Positions 19,784 to 29,730 of a stretch of 64,000 nt of DNA are shown here, piece after piece. The stretch is from assembly GCA_965247115.1 (NCBI GenBank), contig CBDFGR010000003.1:288001-352000 (forward strand), given 5' to 3'. Made by a program: the position numbers and the translations under genes. The notes under the pieces were generated by a model that saw nothing but the letters and a program-made list of their open reading frames with translations, made no database searches and was not told the DNA's origin. Each line of letters starts with the position of its first letter. Position 1 is the stretch's first letter. The DNA is from Myxococcota bacterium (lineage in GTDB: Bacteria; Myxococcota_A; UBA9160; SZUA-336).

Positions 19784-20320
19784 CTATTCCAGGCCCTCGA
19801 TCGGTGCGAGCAGATCCTCCAGGAAGAACGCGGACAGCGCCGTTCGCCCCGTCAGGCCCCCTTTGGAGTAGATCGAGCGGGCCTGCTCCCGCACCGTGCG
19901 CTCGCTGACCCCGCGAACCACCGCAAGCTCCTTGTGACTCAGCCCCTTCAGGAGCAGGAGCGCCACCTGACACTCTGCCTCGGTCAGGCTCCAGCGCGTG
20001 AACTGCTTGTCGATCGCCTCTCCGAGACCGTTCAGGAGCGAGCGGGACTCGGAACGCCAGCGCTGCCCCTGCGCCCGCGCAATCTCGAGGTCCCGGATCA
20101 CCTGCACGTGCTCGTCACGCTGGCGTGCCGACACGCGAAACAACAGGACCACGCCAACGCTCGTCAGCACGATCGGCGTGATCTCGAGAAGCTCGAGAAG
20201 GAGGTCACCAGGCGTCGCGCCCGGCTCCTCAACCAGCTCGAGCCCGAGCAGCAGACCGACGCCCGCGATCACGGCCGCCAGTGCCCAGACCCTGGTGCGA
20301 GAATCGATGAGCTCGTTCAT
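19784..20320 (-). CDS. Membrane-anchored LuxR-type HTH regulator (paralog 1)
   Basis: Two N-terminal transmembrane helices, a coiled coil, and LTEAECQVALLLLKGLSHKELA..SERTVREQ. Confidence 0.85.
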   Translation of the reverse strand: MNELIDSRTRVWALAAVIAGVGLLLGLELVEEPGATPGDLLLELLEITPIVLTSVGVVLLFRVSARQRDEHVQVIRDLEIARAQGQRWRSESRSLLNGLGEAIDKQFTRWSLTEAECQVALLLLKGLSHKELAVVRGVSERTVREQARSIYSKGGLTGRTALSAFFLEDLLAPIEGLE

Positions 20321-20590
20321 TCGCCTGCTCCTGCGGAGAGCCACAGCAACGTCGCGCGAGAGCTCGTAGAGCGCCTCGCGAGTGGCGCCCAGTGTACCGC
20401 AGCTGGCGACGCTGCCCGCAGCGTCACCGGCGCTTCCTAGGTCATACCGCCTACGCCGCTGCCGTAGGCCACCGGGTCGATGCGTGGCCCTGCGCTTGTT
20501 CCGTAGAGCCTTCCTCGAGAGCCCGCACCCCAGCTCGCGCGAGAGCCGCGCGGACAGGCGCCAGGGCAGTCCAGACGAGGAGAAGAGATC

Positions 20591-21646
20591 ATGCTGCGAC
20601 ACAGCGCAACCCGGATGCTCGCGACGGCCGTCGCGATGGTCCTGCTGGCGGCGGGGGCAACCCTTGCGTGGGCCGACGACGACGATGACGATGACGATCG
20701 GGACGACGGGGGCATCTGCTCCACCACCGCGTCCCTCCAGCGCGACGCCTGCCGCTACGAGGTCAAGGACGACTTCTACGGCGCGCAGGCAATTTGCCTC
20801 CAGGTTCCCGAGCGACGAGAGCGGAGGACCTGCTTCCGCGAGGCCTACGCGGCGCGTCGCGAGGGGCGCGAGCTCTGTGGTGACCAGCTCCGAGCACGGA
20901 GAGACCTGTGTGGCCTCCTGGGCGAAGGGCGTTACGCCCCGGACTTCGGCCCGGACAACTTCGACGACGACTACACGGATCTGACGAGCCCGAACCCGTA
21001 CTTCCCCCTCACCATCGGGAACGTCTGGGAGTTCCAGGCCTCCGACGAGTCCAACCGGATCGAGGTGTTCGACAAGACCAAGCTCATCGAAGGAGTGACC
21101 TGCATCGTGCTGAACGATCTGGTCTTCGGCGAGGATATCTCCGAAGACACCGACGACTGGTTCGGCCAGCGCAAGGACGGAACGGTCGACTACTGCGGGG
21201 AGAGCGTGATGGACCAGGAGCTCTTCGAGGGCGACGTGCCCCTGGAGTTCGAGCTGGTCGCGATCGATGGCTCCTTCAAGGCGGGACGCGACGGCGACCT
21301 GTCGGGGACCATCATGCTGGGAATCCCGACCGTGGGCGTGACCTACCGCCAGGAGTGGTCCGCCGGAAACGCCGAGGACGCGGCCACCGTCGTCTCCACC
21401 ACCTACGACTACGGTGCCGACCCCGACCTCGACGAGTTCGCGATCCAGGAGCTCGTCGAGCTGCTGTGCGACGGCGACTGCGTCGTCACGCGCGAGGTCA
21501 CACCGATCGAGCCGGACGTACTGGACTACAAGTACTACGCGCCGGGAATCGGGATCTTCCTCGAAGTGAACCCCGGGACCGAGGAAGTCAATCAGCTGGT
21601 CGACTGCAACTTCGACCCGCGCTGCGACGACCTGCCACAGCCCTGA
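20591..21646 (+). CDS. Secreted acidic, Cys-rich hypothetical protein
   Basis: Signal peptide (AWA-DDD), poly-Asp run, NPYFPL and YKYYAPGIG. Confidence 0.8.
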   Translation: MLRHSATRMLATAVAMVLLAAGATLAWADDDDDDDDRDDGGICSTTASLQRDACRYEVKDDFYGAQAICLQVPERRERRTCFREAYAARREGRELCGDQLRARRDLCGLLGEGRYAPDFGPDNFDDDYTDLTSPNPYFPLTIGNVWEFQASDESNRIEVFDKTKLIEGVTCIVLNDLVFGEDISEDTDDWFGQRKDGTVDYCGESVMDQELFEGDVPLEFELVAIDGSFKAGRDGDLSGTIMLGIPTVGVTYRQEWSAGNAEDAATVVSTTYDYGADPDLDEFAIQELVELLCDGDCVVTREVTPIEPDVLDYKYYAPGIGIFLEVNPGTEEVNQLVDCNFDPRCDDLPQP

Positions 21647-21679
21647 CGGGCTGAAACCCATCCCCCCGTAAGGCAGGTC

Positions 21680-21711
21680 CCCCCGCCCGACTTGGCGTTG
21701 TCGGGCGGGGG
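21680..21711. terminator. 12-bp GC hairpin between convergent genes
   Basis: cccccgcccgac-ttggcgtt-gtcgggcggggg; there is no clear U-tract. Confidence 0.55.
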
Positions 21712-21738
21712 ATTCCGGTCCGCCTCCAAGCGCCTGGC

Positions 21739-22296
21739 TCAGGCGTGCAGGCGTCCGTTCGTGTAGGCCTGCGGCGCCGGGAGGAGATCCTCGAGGAAGT
21801 ACGCCGAGAAGCTGGTCCGACCCGGGAGGCCCGATTTCTGGTACACCGCACGGGCTTGATGGCGGACCGTGGCCCCCGTGGTTCCGCGCAGTCCCGCCAC
21901 CTCCGAGTGCGAGAAGCCCTTGAGCATGAGCAGTCCCACCTCTCGCTCGGCCTGGGTGAGCTGCCACTCTTCGAACTGCTTCTCGATCTCCTCTCCGAGC
22001 CCCGCAAGGTAGCTCTGGGCGCGGGTCCGCCAGGCGCGCCCCTCGGCGCGTGCCATCTGGAGATCTCGAGTCAGCGTGTCCTTCTCGTCCGTTGCCGCTT
22101 GAAAGCGGCCCGTCAGAAGCGTCACCCCCGTCGCCGAGGCCACGATCAGCGCCGTACTCAGCGCATCGGCGAGGAAGTCGCCCAGCTCGATCGGATCGTC
22201 CTCGGTCACCACCTCCAGTCCGATCAGGAGCAAGAACGCGCCCACTCCCAGCACGGCCCAGCGCTTCCGGATCGATTCTTCTGTCAGCATCGCCAT
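21739..22296 (-). CDS. Membrane-anchored LuxR-type HTH regulator (paralog 2)
   Basis: Two transmembrane helices and LTQAEREVGLLMLKGFSHSEVA; shares the FLEDLL tail with paralog 1. Confidence 0.85.
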   Translation of the reverse strand: MAMLTEESIRKRWAVLGVGAFLLLIGLEVVTEDDPIELGDFLADALSTALIVASATGVTLLTGRFQAATDEKDTLTRDLQMARAEGRAWRTRAQSYLAGLGEEIEKQFEEWQLTQAEREVGLLMLKGFSHSEVAGLRGTTGATVRHQARAVYQKSGLPGRTSFSAYFLEDLLPAPQAYTNGRLHA

Positions 22297-22471
22297 CTCT
22301 TACCCCACCTACTCCTGTCGTTGTGCTGGACGGGCGAGCGCGCCCCCGCGGCGTACACCCGAACCATCGCGAGAGTCCGTACCTCGCTCTACACGGGTCG
22401 TCTATAGGCGGTATGACGTATGACAGCGCTGCGCAGCGCAAACGCGGCCAGCTACACCCGGTGGAGCGCCT

Positions 22472-23209
22472 TCAACCACTCCGATGGCGGCGGTAGATCT
22501 CGCGCACCCACTCGGCACCGGGGTGGTCGGCCCAGCCAGCGAGCCAGGCCCGGTTCTTCTCGGTGGGCGCATCCGGGGGACCGCCCCACTCTGCGACCGA
22601 GACGCACGGCATGAGCAATGCGGCGCATGTCAGGTCGGCCACCGTGAAGCGGTCGCCCACCAGGTAGCCCTTGGCGCCCGGCTCCTTCGCCACGAAGTCG
22701 AACGCCCCGCGCGTGATCTCGCGCGCGGCTGCGGCGCTCTCTGCATTGATCCCCATCTTGCTCTTCATGAGCCCGCCGACCAGCGGGAACACCGCGCGGT
22801 AGATCCCTCGAGCAATCCCACCCTGCCCCTCGCAAAACGTGGCGAGTGCGTAGTCCGCCTCCATCACCTCATAGAACTTGGCAAGGCGCACCGCCGGACC
22901 GACCTCGTCGTCCCAGCGGTCCACAATGGCAAGGGCCCGCTCGCGTTCCGAGGCGTCTTCGGGAAAGAGCGCGGGCTCGGGAACGCTCCGCTCCAGGTGC
23001 TCGAGGATGGCAGTCGAGCCCGGCACCACCTGACCATCGTCCACGAGCGCGGGCGTCTGGGTCGCCCCGGTCAGCTTCTTCATCGTGCGCATGTGCGGGC
23101 CCGGCATGAGCGAGATGCGCTCGTGGCGCACCCCCTTCAGGTCGAGGCCCCAACGCGCCTTCTCGTTGAAGTGGGAACCCGAGAACTGGAACAGCTCGAC
23201 CTTGGCCAT
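22472..23209 (-). CDS. Glutathione S-transferase family protein
   Basis: SHFNEKARWGLD, QTPAL..GS and YLVGDRFTVADL motifs. Confidence 0.88.
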   Translation of the reverse strand: MAKVELFQFSGSHFNEKARWGLDLKGVRHERISLMPGPHMRTMKKLTGATQTPALVDDGQVVPGSTAILEHLERSVPEPALFPEDASERERALAIVDRWDDEVGPAVRLAKFYEVMEADYALATFCEGQGGIARGIYRAVFPLVGGLMKSKMGINAESAAAAREITRGAFDFVAKEPGAKGYLVGDRFTVADLTCAALLMPCVSVAEWGGPPDAPTEKNRAWLAGWADHPGAEWVREIYRRHRSG

Positions 23210-23268
23210 GGTGCCTCCTCCACGAACGAAGACAGCGTAGATCGCCATGGTATGATAATCAACATCCA

Positions 23269-23835
23269 ATGCGATATGGGACGGCGCACAAGCAGAGGAC
23301 GCGAAAGCGGATCCTGGAGCGAGCGGCCGGGCTCTTCCGCCGCGAAGGCTACCAGGGTGCTGGCATCGATCGGATCATGGCCGCGGCCAATCTCACGCGC
23401 GGCGGCTTCTACGCCCACTTCTCGTCCAAAGCCGCCCTGTTCACCGAAGTGCTGGCCCAGGAGACGGACTTCTTGCGGCGCATGCGAGCCGCGTCGGACG
23501 CTCGCGAGGTGATTTCCGGCTACCTCGACCCGCGGAATCACGAGAAGGTCGCCCGCGGCTGCACCCTCGCCACGTTGACGAACGACGTGCCGCGCCGGGA
23601 CCGCGCAGCACGCGCTGCCTTCGCCGGACAGCTGGAACGCCTCTGCACCGAGTTCGAAGCCCACGTGCCCGCTGAGCTCCCCGATCGCCGCGCCCGCGCC
23701 CTCGAGGCCGTGGCCCTCTGCGTGGGCGGCATCAGCCTGGCCCGCGGAATCGGCAACAAGCGCCTGGCGCGCGAGGTGCTCGAGGCCTGCCGCAAGCGTG
23801 CCTGCGCCGCGGTCTCGAGCAATCGCGGCTGCTGA
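23269..23835 (+). CDS. TetR/AcrR family regulator
   Basis: IMAAANLTRGGFYAHFSSK; divergent from the GST gene. Confidence 0.92.
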   Translation: MRYGTAHKQRTRKRILERAAGLFRREGYQGAGIDRIMAAANLTRGGFYAHFSSKAALFTEVLAQETDFLRRMRAASDAREVISGYLDPRNHEKVARGCTLATLTNDVPRRDRAARAAFAGQLERLCTEFEAHVPAELPDRRARALEAVALCVGGISLARGIGNKRLAREVLEACRKRACAAVSSNRGC

Positions 23836-23836
23836 C

Positions 23837-24661
23837 ATGCAGCCAACGAACACACCCCAGCCCGCAACCGAGCCGCCGTTCTTCAAAACCGCCGCTGTCC
23901 TTTGGGCCGGCGGCACGTTCGGGGTAGTCTCCATCCTTCCCTACGCCCTGAGCCTGCAGGGAGAGCAGCTCCACCAGGCCGTCGAGCAAACCGGACTCCC
24001 CGTCCCGGCAGTGCTTGCCATCTCGGTGGCGCAGGGCGCGGTGCTCCTCGCGCTGGCCGTCGCCGCCGGCCTTTGGGCCTCGCACCGGATCGGGCTTGGA
24101 GCGCCGCTCATCGCAGCGTGGCTGAACGGCATCCCATTCCCGGAAGGGACCCGACGAGCCCTGCGACAGGCGGCGCTCGTGGGAGTGCTCTGCGCCGCGG
24201 CCATCATCGCACTCGACCCGTTGATCTTCCTCCCGCTGGATCCGGACGGACTCGGCGCGCTGGAAGGAGCCAACCCCCCACCCTGGCAGGGACTCCTGGC
24301 CAGCTTCTATGGAGGGATCGCCGAGGAGCTCTACCTCCGCCTGTTCGTGCTTTCCCTGGTCGCGCTCGGGCTGCGAGCCCTGGGTCGCCTCGCAGGAGCA
24401 GCAGATCGAGAGTCTCTGCTACCCGGCTGGGCCTTCTGGGGAGCCAACCTCACTGCAGCGGCCCTCTTTGGACTGGGCCACCTGCCCGCCACGGCGGCCC
24501 TCCTCCCGATCACGCCGATCGTCGTCGCGCGCGCGGTCGCGCTCAACGGAGTAGCCGCGATCCCCTTCGGTTGGCTGTTCCGACGAAACGGCATCGAAGC
24601 CGCAATGGTCGCGCACTTCGCAGCCGACATCGTCCTGCACGTGATCCTGCCCCTGTTCTGA
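23837..24661 (+). CDS. CPBP (Abi/CAAX) intramembrane metalloprotease
   Basis: EELYLR, FGLGH and AMVAH motifs with multiple transmembrane segments. Confidence 0.88.
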   Translation: MQPTNTPQPATEPPFFKTAAVLWAGGTFGVVSILPYALSLQGEQLHQAVEQTGLPVPAVLAISVAQGAVLLALAVAAGLWASHRIGLGAPLIAAWLNGIPFPEGTRRALRQAALVGVLCAAAIIALDPLIFLPLDPDGLGALEGANPPPWQGLLASFYGGIAEELYLRLFVLSLVALGLRALGRLAGAADRESLLPGWAFWGANLTAAALFGLGHLPATAALLPITPIVVARAVALNGVAAIPFGWLFRRNGIEAAMVAHFAADIVLHVILPLF

Positions 24662-24817
24662 GAAGCTACTCGGAAGAAGATCGTCAGGTCCTTCGCGAGC
24701 TGCACGTTCTGATCGAGGAAGATCTTCCGCACCTGCGAGTAATCTAGTCGAACCATCGCGCCACTGGATCCCCGCCCTGGTGATGTACACGAAAGACCAG
24801 TCCTCAAGCAGGACGTG

Positions 24818-26203
24818 CTACTCCGTCATCCAACCAATCGGAGTTCGAGCATGTCCATCCTGAATCGTCCAAAGGACATCGCGGAGAGAACCTAGATCAG
24901 CCAACGGATTACCTTCTACGATCAGGACATCCGCCCTCTTCCCAACAGCGATCGTACCTAACTCATCATCAAGGGAAAGCATCTCCGCGGGGGTCTGAGT
25001 TGCTGCAACAATTGCCTGCATGGGAGACATTCCGGCCTCACCCAAGAGTTCGATTTCGCGAATTGTCGTCGGTCCATGAAACATGTATGGGACAAAGCTG
25101 AATCCGGGTGAGTCGCTGCCAACCACGATCTTGGCACCAGCCTGCGAGAGTTGTAGCAGTGCCTCTTGCTGATTTCGCGTCCGGCTGGCGATTGCATCTT
25201 TATTGACTAGTGCTTGCCAGAGCCACAGCGCGATCGACTCTGGCAGCCAGGGCATCCCCAAGCCGATTATCCCAGATCGGACATGATCCAGTGCTCTCGG
25301 GTCCACGGCGCTGTCCAGCTCGAGGGTCGGAACAACTCCTGCGAGGTAGTCTTCGTCGAGCCGTTCCGGTACGAATTGAAGCATGTGTACCTCGTTCGCC
25401 GACAATGTTGTGACCACATACGTCCCGGCGAGTACGGTGCGACGGATTAGCGCTGGCGAAGGCAGGGACTCCTCGAAGCCGACATGAGTAAGCGCGTGCG
25501 CCCCTAACTGCAGCGCGAGGTTATGAGATTCCTCTGTACGACTGTGCACAAAGATGGGTAGTCCCCCAATCTGAGCACGTCTCCCGATCGCCGCTAAGAG
25601 CTCCTTGCTAGGAATGGGCAAAGCGCTGAAGGGGGACCATCCCCGTTCGATTAGGACCTTGATTCCCACTGTCCCTGACGACCTAGCCATTTCAAAGAAG
25701 TTATCAAGCTCCGAGATCTGCCCTACAGTCTGGCTAGCTCCCCACTCGTACCCTGCCGGCGTCGCGAGAGGCTGCCCCAGCGTGAGAAAGCGAGGTCCGT
25801 GGTTACCCGCAACAAGCCACTCTCGTATCGCTGCAGCTTGCTTTTGAGAGATTCCCGCGTCCAGCACTGTGGTCACTCCACAAGCTAGGTACGCTCGCAG
25901 GTGTTGCTGACGGAGACCAATGAGAGCGTCGGGCGAATCCTGCCGGAAGCTCGCCCCCGGTACGATCTCGAGATGGACGTGGGAATCGATGAGCCCCGGG
26001 AGGACAGTCGATCCGGAAGCATCGATTATCTCGGCGGAGCCCGACGACAGACTGGGGCCGATCTCGTGGATCCATCCGTCCCGGATCATTACGTCGGCAA
26101 AGATCGGAGCAGATCCCGCACCGTCGATCAGCCTGCCCCCTCGAACAAGCAGATCCGCGCCCCGGGAGTGCGAGGCCGATCCGATGAACGCGAGGGCGGC
26201 CAC
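24818..26203 (-). CDS. Secreted amidohydrolase (imidazolonepropionase-like family)
   Basis: PGLIDSHVH, VGSD and LGTIAVGKRADV motifs. The start is uncertain and codon usage is atypical. Confidence 0.85.
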   Translation of the reverse strand: MAALAFIGSASHSRGADLLVRGGRLIDGAGSAPIFADVMIRDGWIHEIGPSLSSGSAEIIDASGSTVLPGLIDSHVHLEIVPGASFRQDSPDALIGLRQQHLRAYLACGVTTVLDAGISQKQAAAIREWLVAGNHGPRFLTLGQPLATPAGYEWGASQTVGQISELDNFFEMARSSGTVGIKVLIERGWSPFSALPIPSKELLAAIGRRAQIGGLPIFVHSRTEESHNLALQLGAHALTHVGFEESLPSPALIRRTVLAGTYVVTTLSANEVHMLQFVPERLDEDYLAGVVPTLELDSAVDPRALDHVRSGIIGLGMPWLPESIALWLWQALVNKDAIASRTRNQQEALLQLSQAGAKIVVGSDSPGFSFVPYMFHGPTTIREIELLGEAGMSPMQAIVAATQTPAEMLSLDDELGTIAVGKRADVLIVEGNPLADLGSLRDVLWTIQDGHARTPIGWMTE

Positions 26204-26605
26204 CCACAGCCGCCCGAACTTTAGGGTCCTGAAGGTGAGACTCAGGGACAGGCAGTTAGCATTAGAGCAAGAGCCACCGACAGTACCGTGAAGACGTAGC
26301 GATCCACGTTGTTGTCCTTCTTGTCACTTCTGGCGTGCGCCGGAAGTCTACCCTACCCACACTTGAATATCGGGATTAAGCTGTAGGAGCCCCTGCAGAG
26401 CCGTCCGGAAGACCTAACGCCACAATCCCAGTCTACCCATGATCAGAGTTCTGCTCGGGGACCAAGAGAACCAGCGTAGAGGCCTGGTACCGTTCGCTGG
26501 AAGAGCAAGGAAACTTGCTCTTGCTCCCCCTGGTCGTCTTGCCCTCCGTCACGCGCGATGTGTACGCAGCGACCACCATCAGCACGGTGAGAGTGAGAGC
26601 CAGCG

Positions 26606-27166
26606 TCAATCGACGGACCAGAGCCCGCGACGTCCACGTATCGCCTCCGCCTCGGCCTGCATGAACTCGGCGGGAAAGCGGCCCGCGCCGAATTTCGTGT
26701 AGAACGGGGTCCAGCCCTCGCGAACCATCTCGAGATTTATGTTCAGCTCGTCAGCGTACAAATACGCCAGCAGGCGACCGTACCGGCCTCGGCTTGGGCC
26801 GTACGGATACTCGTAAACGAGGTAGATGGTCCTCCCCTCAGCCATCTGACGGAGCGCTTCGGTCGCCTCGTGGAACCCGGCTCTCCCTCGCTCCGGGGTG
26901 TCGATATTCAGGAGCCTGACTCGAACCCAAACCTCAGCGCAGGCAATGTCAACGGTGTCGCCGTCTACGAACCGGGTCACTGCGCAGGGACCAACCATCT
27001 CTCGGTGGTCTACGGCCGCGATGGGGGCCCGCGCGGTGTCGACGTCCGGAAGCTCGGACCGTAAGCACCCGATCCACACGCCGAGGGCGGAGATCGCCAG
27101 AGCAGATAAACCGATTAGGGCCGGTTGCCTCACCAAGTGCAGTCTATGGTGGAACAGCTCCGCCAA
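26606..27166 (-). CDS. Thermonuclease (SNase-like) with N-terminal membrane anchor
   Basis: VDGDT, VRLLNIDTPE, RYGRLLAY and RRGLW motifs. Confidence 0.9.
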   Translation of the reverse strand: MAELFHHRLHLVRQPALIGLSALAISALGVWIGCLRSELPDVDTARAPIAAVDHREMVGPCAVTRFVDGDTVDIACAEVWVRVRLLNIDTPERGRAGFHEATEALRQMAEGRTIYLVYEYPYGPSRGRYGRLLAYLYADELNINLEMVREGWTPFYTKFGAGRFPAEFMQAEAEAIRGRRGLWSVD

Positions 27167-27637
27167 CCTACGGGAGGTGCTCGCCCCTGGATGATGTTAG
27201 TGCGGTCGCTTCGGCGACGATCGCCGTCTCGCGAGTCCCGCACTCGACCCGGGTCCACCCGACCCTCGGCCAAATAGGGTGGCCTTGGCCTCAGAACTGC
27301 TGGCTCGACTCGGTGCACAGTCGAGCGCGGCACTCCGGCATCGGCAAGGCTGCGGGGGCACGGAAGACCAAGAAACCTGCCAAGCAATGTGTACCGGACA
27401 GTTTGTTTGACGGAAGGCGACCTGCAACAGAGGCCCAGAGCCTGCTTCCAGTTGGTGCTGCCGTTTCTGTGGCCGAAACGGTCCCTAGCGATCCTTGCAG
27501 GACCTACTGATTTTGGAATGATCGATCCCCTGGCCAGCGCCCGACCAAAACGCTCCGTTTTTCGACTCGCGTCTGGAGCTGGGCCAAGACGGGACACGCT
27601 CCGGAGCCGACAGGGGCCATGCTGATACAGCGAGCGT

Positions 27638-28483
27638 TCACCTTCCGTACAGAATCCTCTCAAGCAGACGGATGATCCGGTCCATCCTCCGGTCAAGTCC
27701 GCGCTGCCACCGAATCTGATCCTCGTCGCGCCGCGGTTCAATGCGGGGCTTGGCCTCCGGCTTCTTTTGGAACAACGCGTCGGTGATTGGAATGAGCGCC
27801 TGACGGCGGACGTCAAAGTAGCCAGCTAGCTCAAGCCCATGTTGGATCAGGGCGTCAGCCTCATGTCGTGTTCCAACGGCTACGTTCGCACCCAAGGCGA
27901 CCATCCTCGGCGAAGCCAATCCGACGACTCCCTCCCAGGTGGCAACACCTTCCAGCACCACGTGCAAAGGGTCTGACGGATCCTTTTCTCCAGCGCCGAG
28001 ATCAAACGATCGATCCTCTAGGAACCGACCGGCGCGTAGCTGAGCATCGACCTCCTTAGAATTGTCGCTCAACTCCGTCGCATACGCTTCTCCCAATCTC
28101 CTGCAGAGTCCGAGCGCACGCAGGACTGCAGTCGGCCATTCCCCGGAGTCAACAGGCGGGGAAGCGGTGGCCGAGACCATCACGACGCTCTCCCTGCCGT
28201 GACGATCTCGGGATGGGTAGCAGGCGATCGTAGTGAACGAGTCCTTCCCAAGGAGCACGCAGAACTCTGCACCGGCCTGGCGGCCGTCGAGTCCATAGAA
28301 CGACGACAGGAACTCTCCCCAGTCTCTTAGACCGGTGAGCCGCCGCTCGGTCTCAAGTGTGCAGTGTTCCTCGGAGACCGGAACGACGAGCTGGAACTCC
28401 TCCGACGAGCGAGAGACCCTAAATCCCTTCGTCCAGACTGCGACGAGGCAGCGATGACCAGGACTTCCGCTGTCTGAAGGCAT
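27638..28483 (-). CDS. Hypothetical protein, TagF/GAP1-N-like motif, C-terminal helical tail
   Basis: ATG overlaps the kinase stop (TAATG). YPSRDRHGRES resembles the S/R-D-x-x-G-R motif of TagF and GAP1-N domains. Confidence 0.6.
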   Translation of the reverse strand: MPSDSGSPGHRCLVAVWTKGFRVSRSSEEFQLVVPVSEEHCTLETERRLTGLRDWGEFLSSFYGLDGRQAGAEFCVLLGKDSFTTIACYPSRDRHGRESVVMVSATASPPVDSGEWPTAVLRALGLCRRLGEAYATELSDNSKEVDAQLRAGRFLEDRSFDLGAGEKDPSDPLHVVLEGVATWEGVVGLASPRMVALGANVAVGTRHEADALIQHGLELAGYFDVRRQALIPITDALFQKKPEAKPRIEPRRDEDQIRWQRGLDRRMDRIIRLLERILYGR

Positions 28484-29730
28484 TACCAGCTGCCCCACAT
28501 TTCGATGATCGTCTTCCAGTTCTCTATCTCCGGGTCATCGGGAACAGCCCTCGCTGCCCTGGTCGCGACGTCCAAGGCGTAGCCGTGGTCCCTCAAGTAA
28601 CACAGACCGAGAAAGACCAACTCGAGCCAGACTTCACGATCAGTGGATGCGATAGCCGCATCCTCAAGAGCCTGCTTGTAGCTCTCGACCTCAGTAGGTG
28701 ACATCAAGTCAGCTCGTAGTTTTCGTCCTCGAGCGAGGAGCGGGCTCTGTTCATCGCGACCTCCAGAGCCGATTCGTCTTGATGGGTCGGGGGCGCGAGA
28801 GGCCGCTGGTAAAGAGCTGGACAACGCAGCCAAGCCCTGCAGGCGCTGGGCAATAGCTTCAGGCTTAGGAATGTTTCCGGCTGCAATTGGAGTCAAAAGC
28901 TCCTCGCTCCAGAACTCGACGAGTCTTTCTGACGCTCCGGATTCTGCGCAAGACTCCAGCCAATCGCCAAGCCAATCCTCCAGAGGCGGCTGGCCAACGG
29001 AGGGTACCGCTGGTTCACTGAAGCTCATCTCTGCAGCCAGCAGCAAGAGCTCGGCCGACTGCTTGGCCTCGGCCAAGGTGCGCGTGATCTTGGGCTGCTG
29101 GGACCTCAACGCATAATTGAGTTCCTCCTGCACGAACCTCGGAACTCGGAACCACTTCGCCAACGGCTGGGATATCAAGATCGATCCTTCGGACGCGGGG
29201 TAGAAACTGTCGACGTCTATCAAGTACGGCGTGCCGGTGGTTGAAAGCCCCACATTTTTTGGACAGATATCAAAGTGGTGCCAAGGAGCACGGAACGGCG
29301 GCCCGAGCTCTTGGAGTACCTGGACCGCTGCATCGACAGAGGTCCGCTTCTGCTTCATCAAGTCGAGAATGACTTCGACCTCTTCCATCGCAACGATGAG
29401 AAGGTGAGCCTCTTCGATGAGTCGAACCTCGAGGATCGGCACGCAAGGCACCAGATCGCGCAGGTTCCGAAGGTCTTGGATGCGATCCCGCAGCCGGTGA
29501 AGGCGGTCGGCTGCTGTGAGGCCTCGAGTAAAGGCTCCAGCCTCTGAGTGCGCATCTCGGAGGATCTTTATAAACGCAGGGACGCCTCGATGTCGCAGTG
29601 CCACAGCCTTTACGTACAAGGCGGTACCCTTGGCGGCCATCAGGCCCCCGGGATCCTCCACGACCTCGATCTGGCTCCACTCGCCTCGAGGGAGATGTCC
29701 TAGCAAGTCCCGCGCACTCTCCGAGGTCAA
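28483..29730 (-). CDS. Divergent protein-kinase-like protein with TPR-like C-terminus
   Basis: AFIK (beta3 Lys), HHFDICPKNV (catalytic loop) and LIDVD (DFG equivalent). A TTG start overlaps the GTPase stop. Confidence 0.72.
   Translation of the reverse strand: MTSESARDLLGHLPRGEWSQIEVVEDPGGLMAAKGTALYVKAVALRHRGVPAFIKILRDAHSEAGAFTRGLTAADRLHRLRDRIQDLRNLRDLVPCVPILEVRLIEEAHLLIVAMEEVEVILDLMKQKRTSVDAAVQVLQELGPPFRAPWHHFDICPKNVGLSTTGTPYLIDVDSFYPASEGSILISQPLAKWFRVPRFVQEELNYALRSQQPKITRTLAEAKQSAELLLLAAEMSFSEPAVPSVGQPPLEDWLGDWLESCAESGASERLVEFWSEELLTPIAAGNIPKPEAIAQRLQGLAALSSSLPAASRAPDPSRRIGSGGRDEQSPLLARGRKLRADLMSPTEVESYKQALEDAAIASTDREVWLELVFLGLCYLRDHGYALDVATRAARAVPDDPEIENWKTIIEMWGSW

Noticed and set aside
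19784..22441. 885-aa ORF as a single protein
   Set aside because: It is mostly antisense to the secreted protein gene; only the last 178 aa (LuxR, with its own AGGAG RBS) look real.
23837..24661. CPBP protease as an abortive-infection gene of the island
   Set aside because: It has host-like codon usage and is coupled to the TetR gene; the 'Abi' family name does not imply phage defence.
27638..29730. Type VI secretion regulatory locus (TagF/PpkA)
   Set aside because: There are no tss, fha or pppA genes in the window, and the similarity is limited to a short motif.
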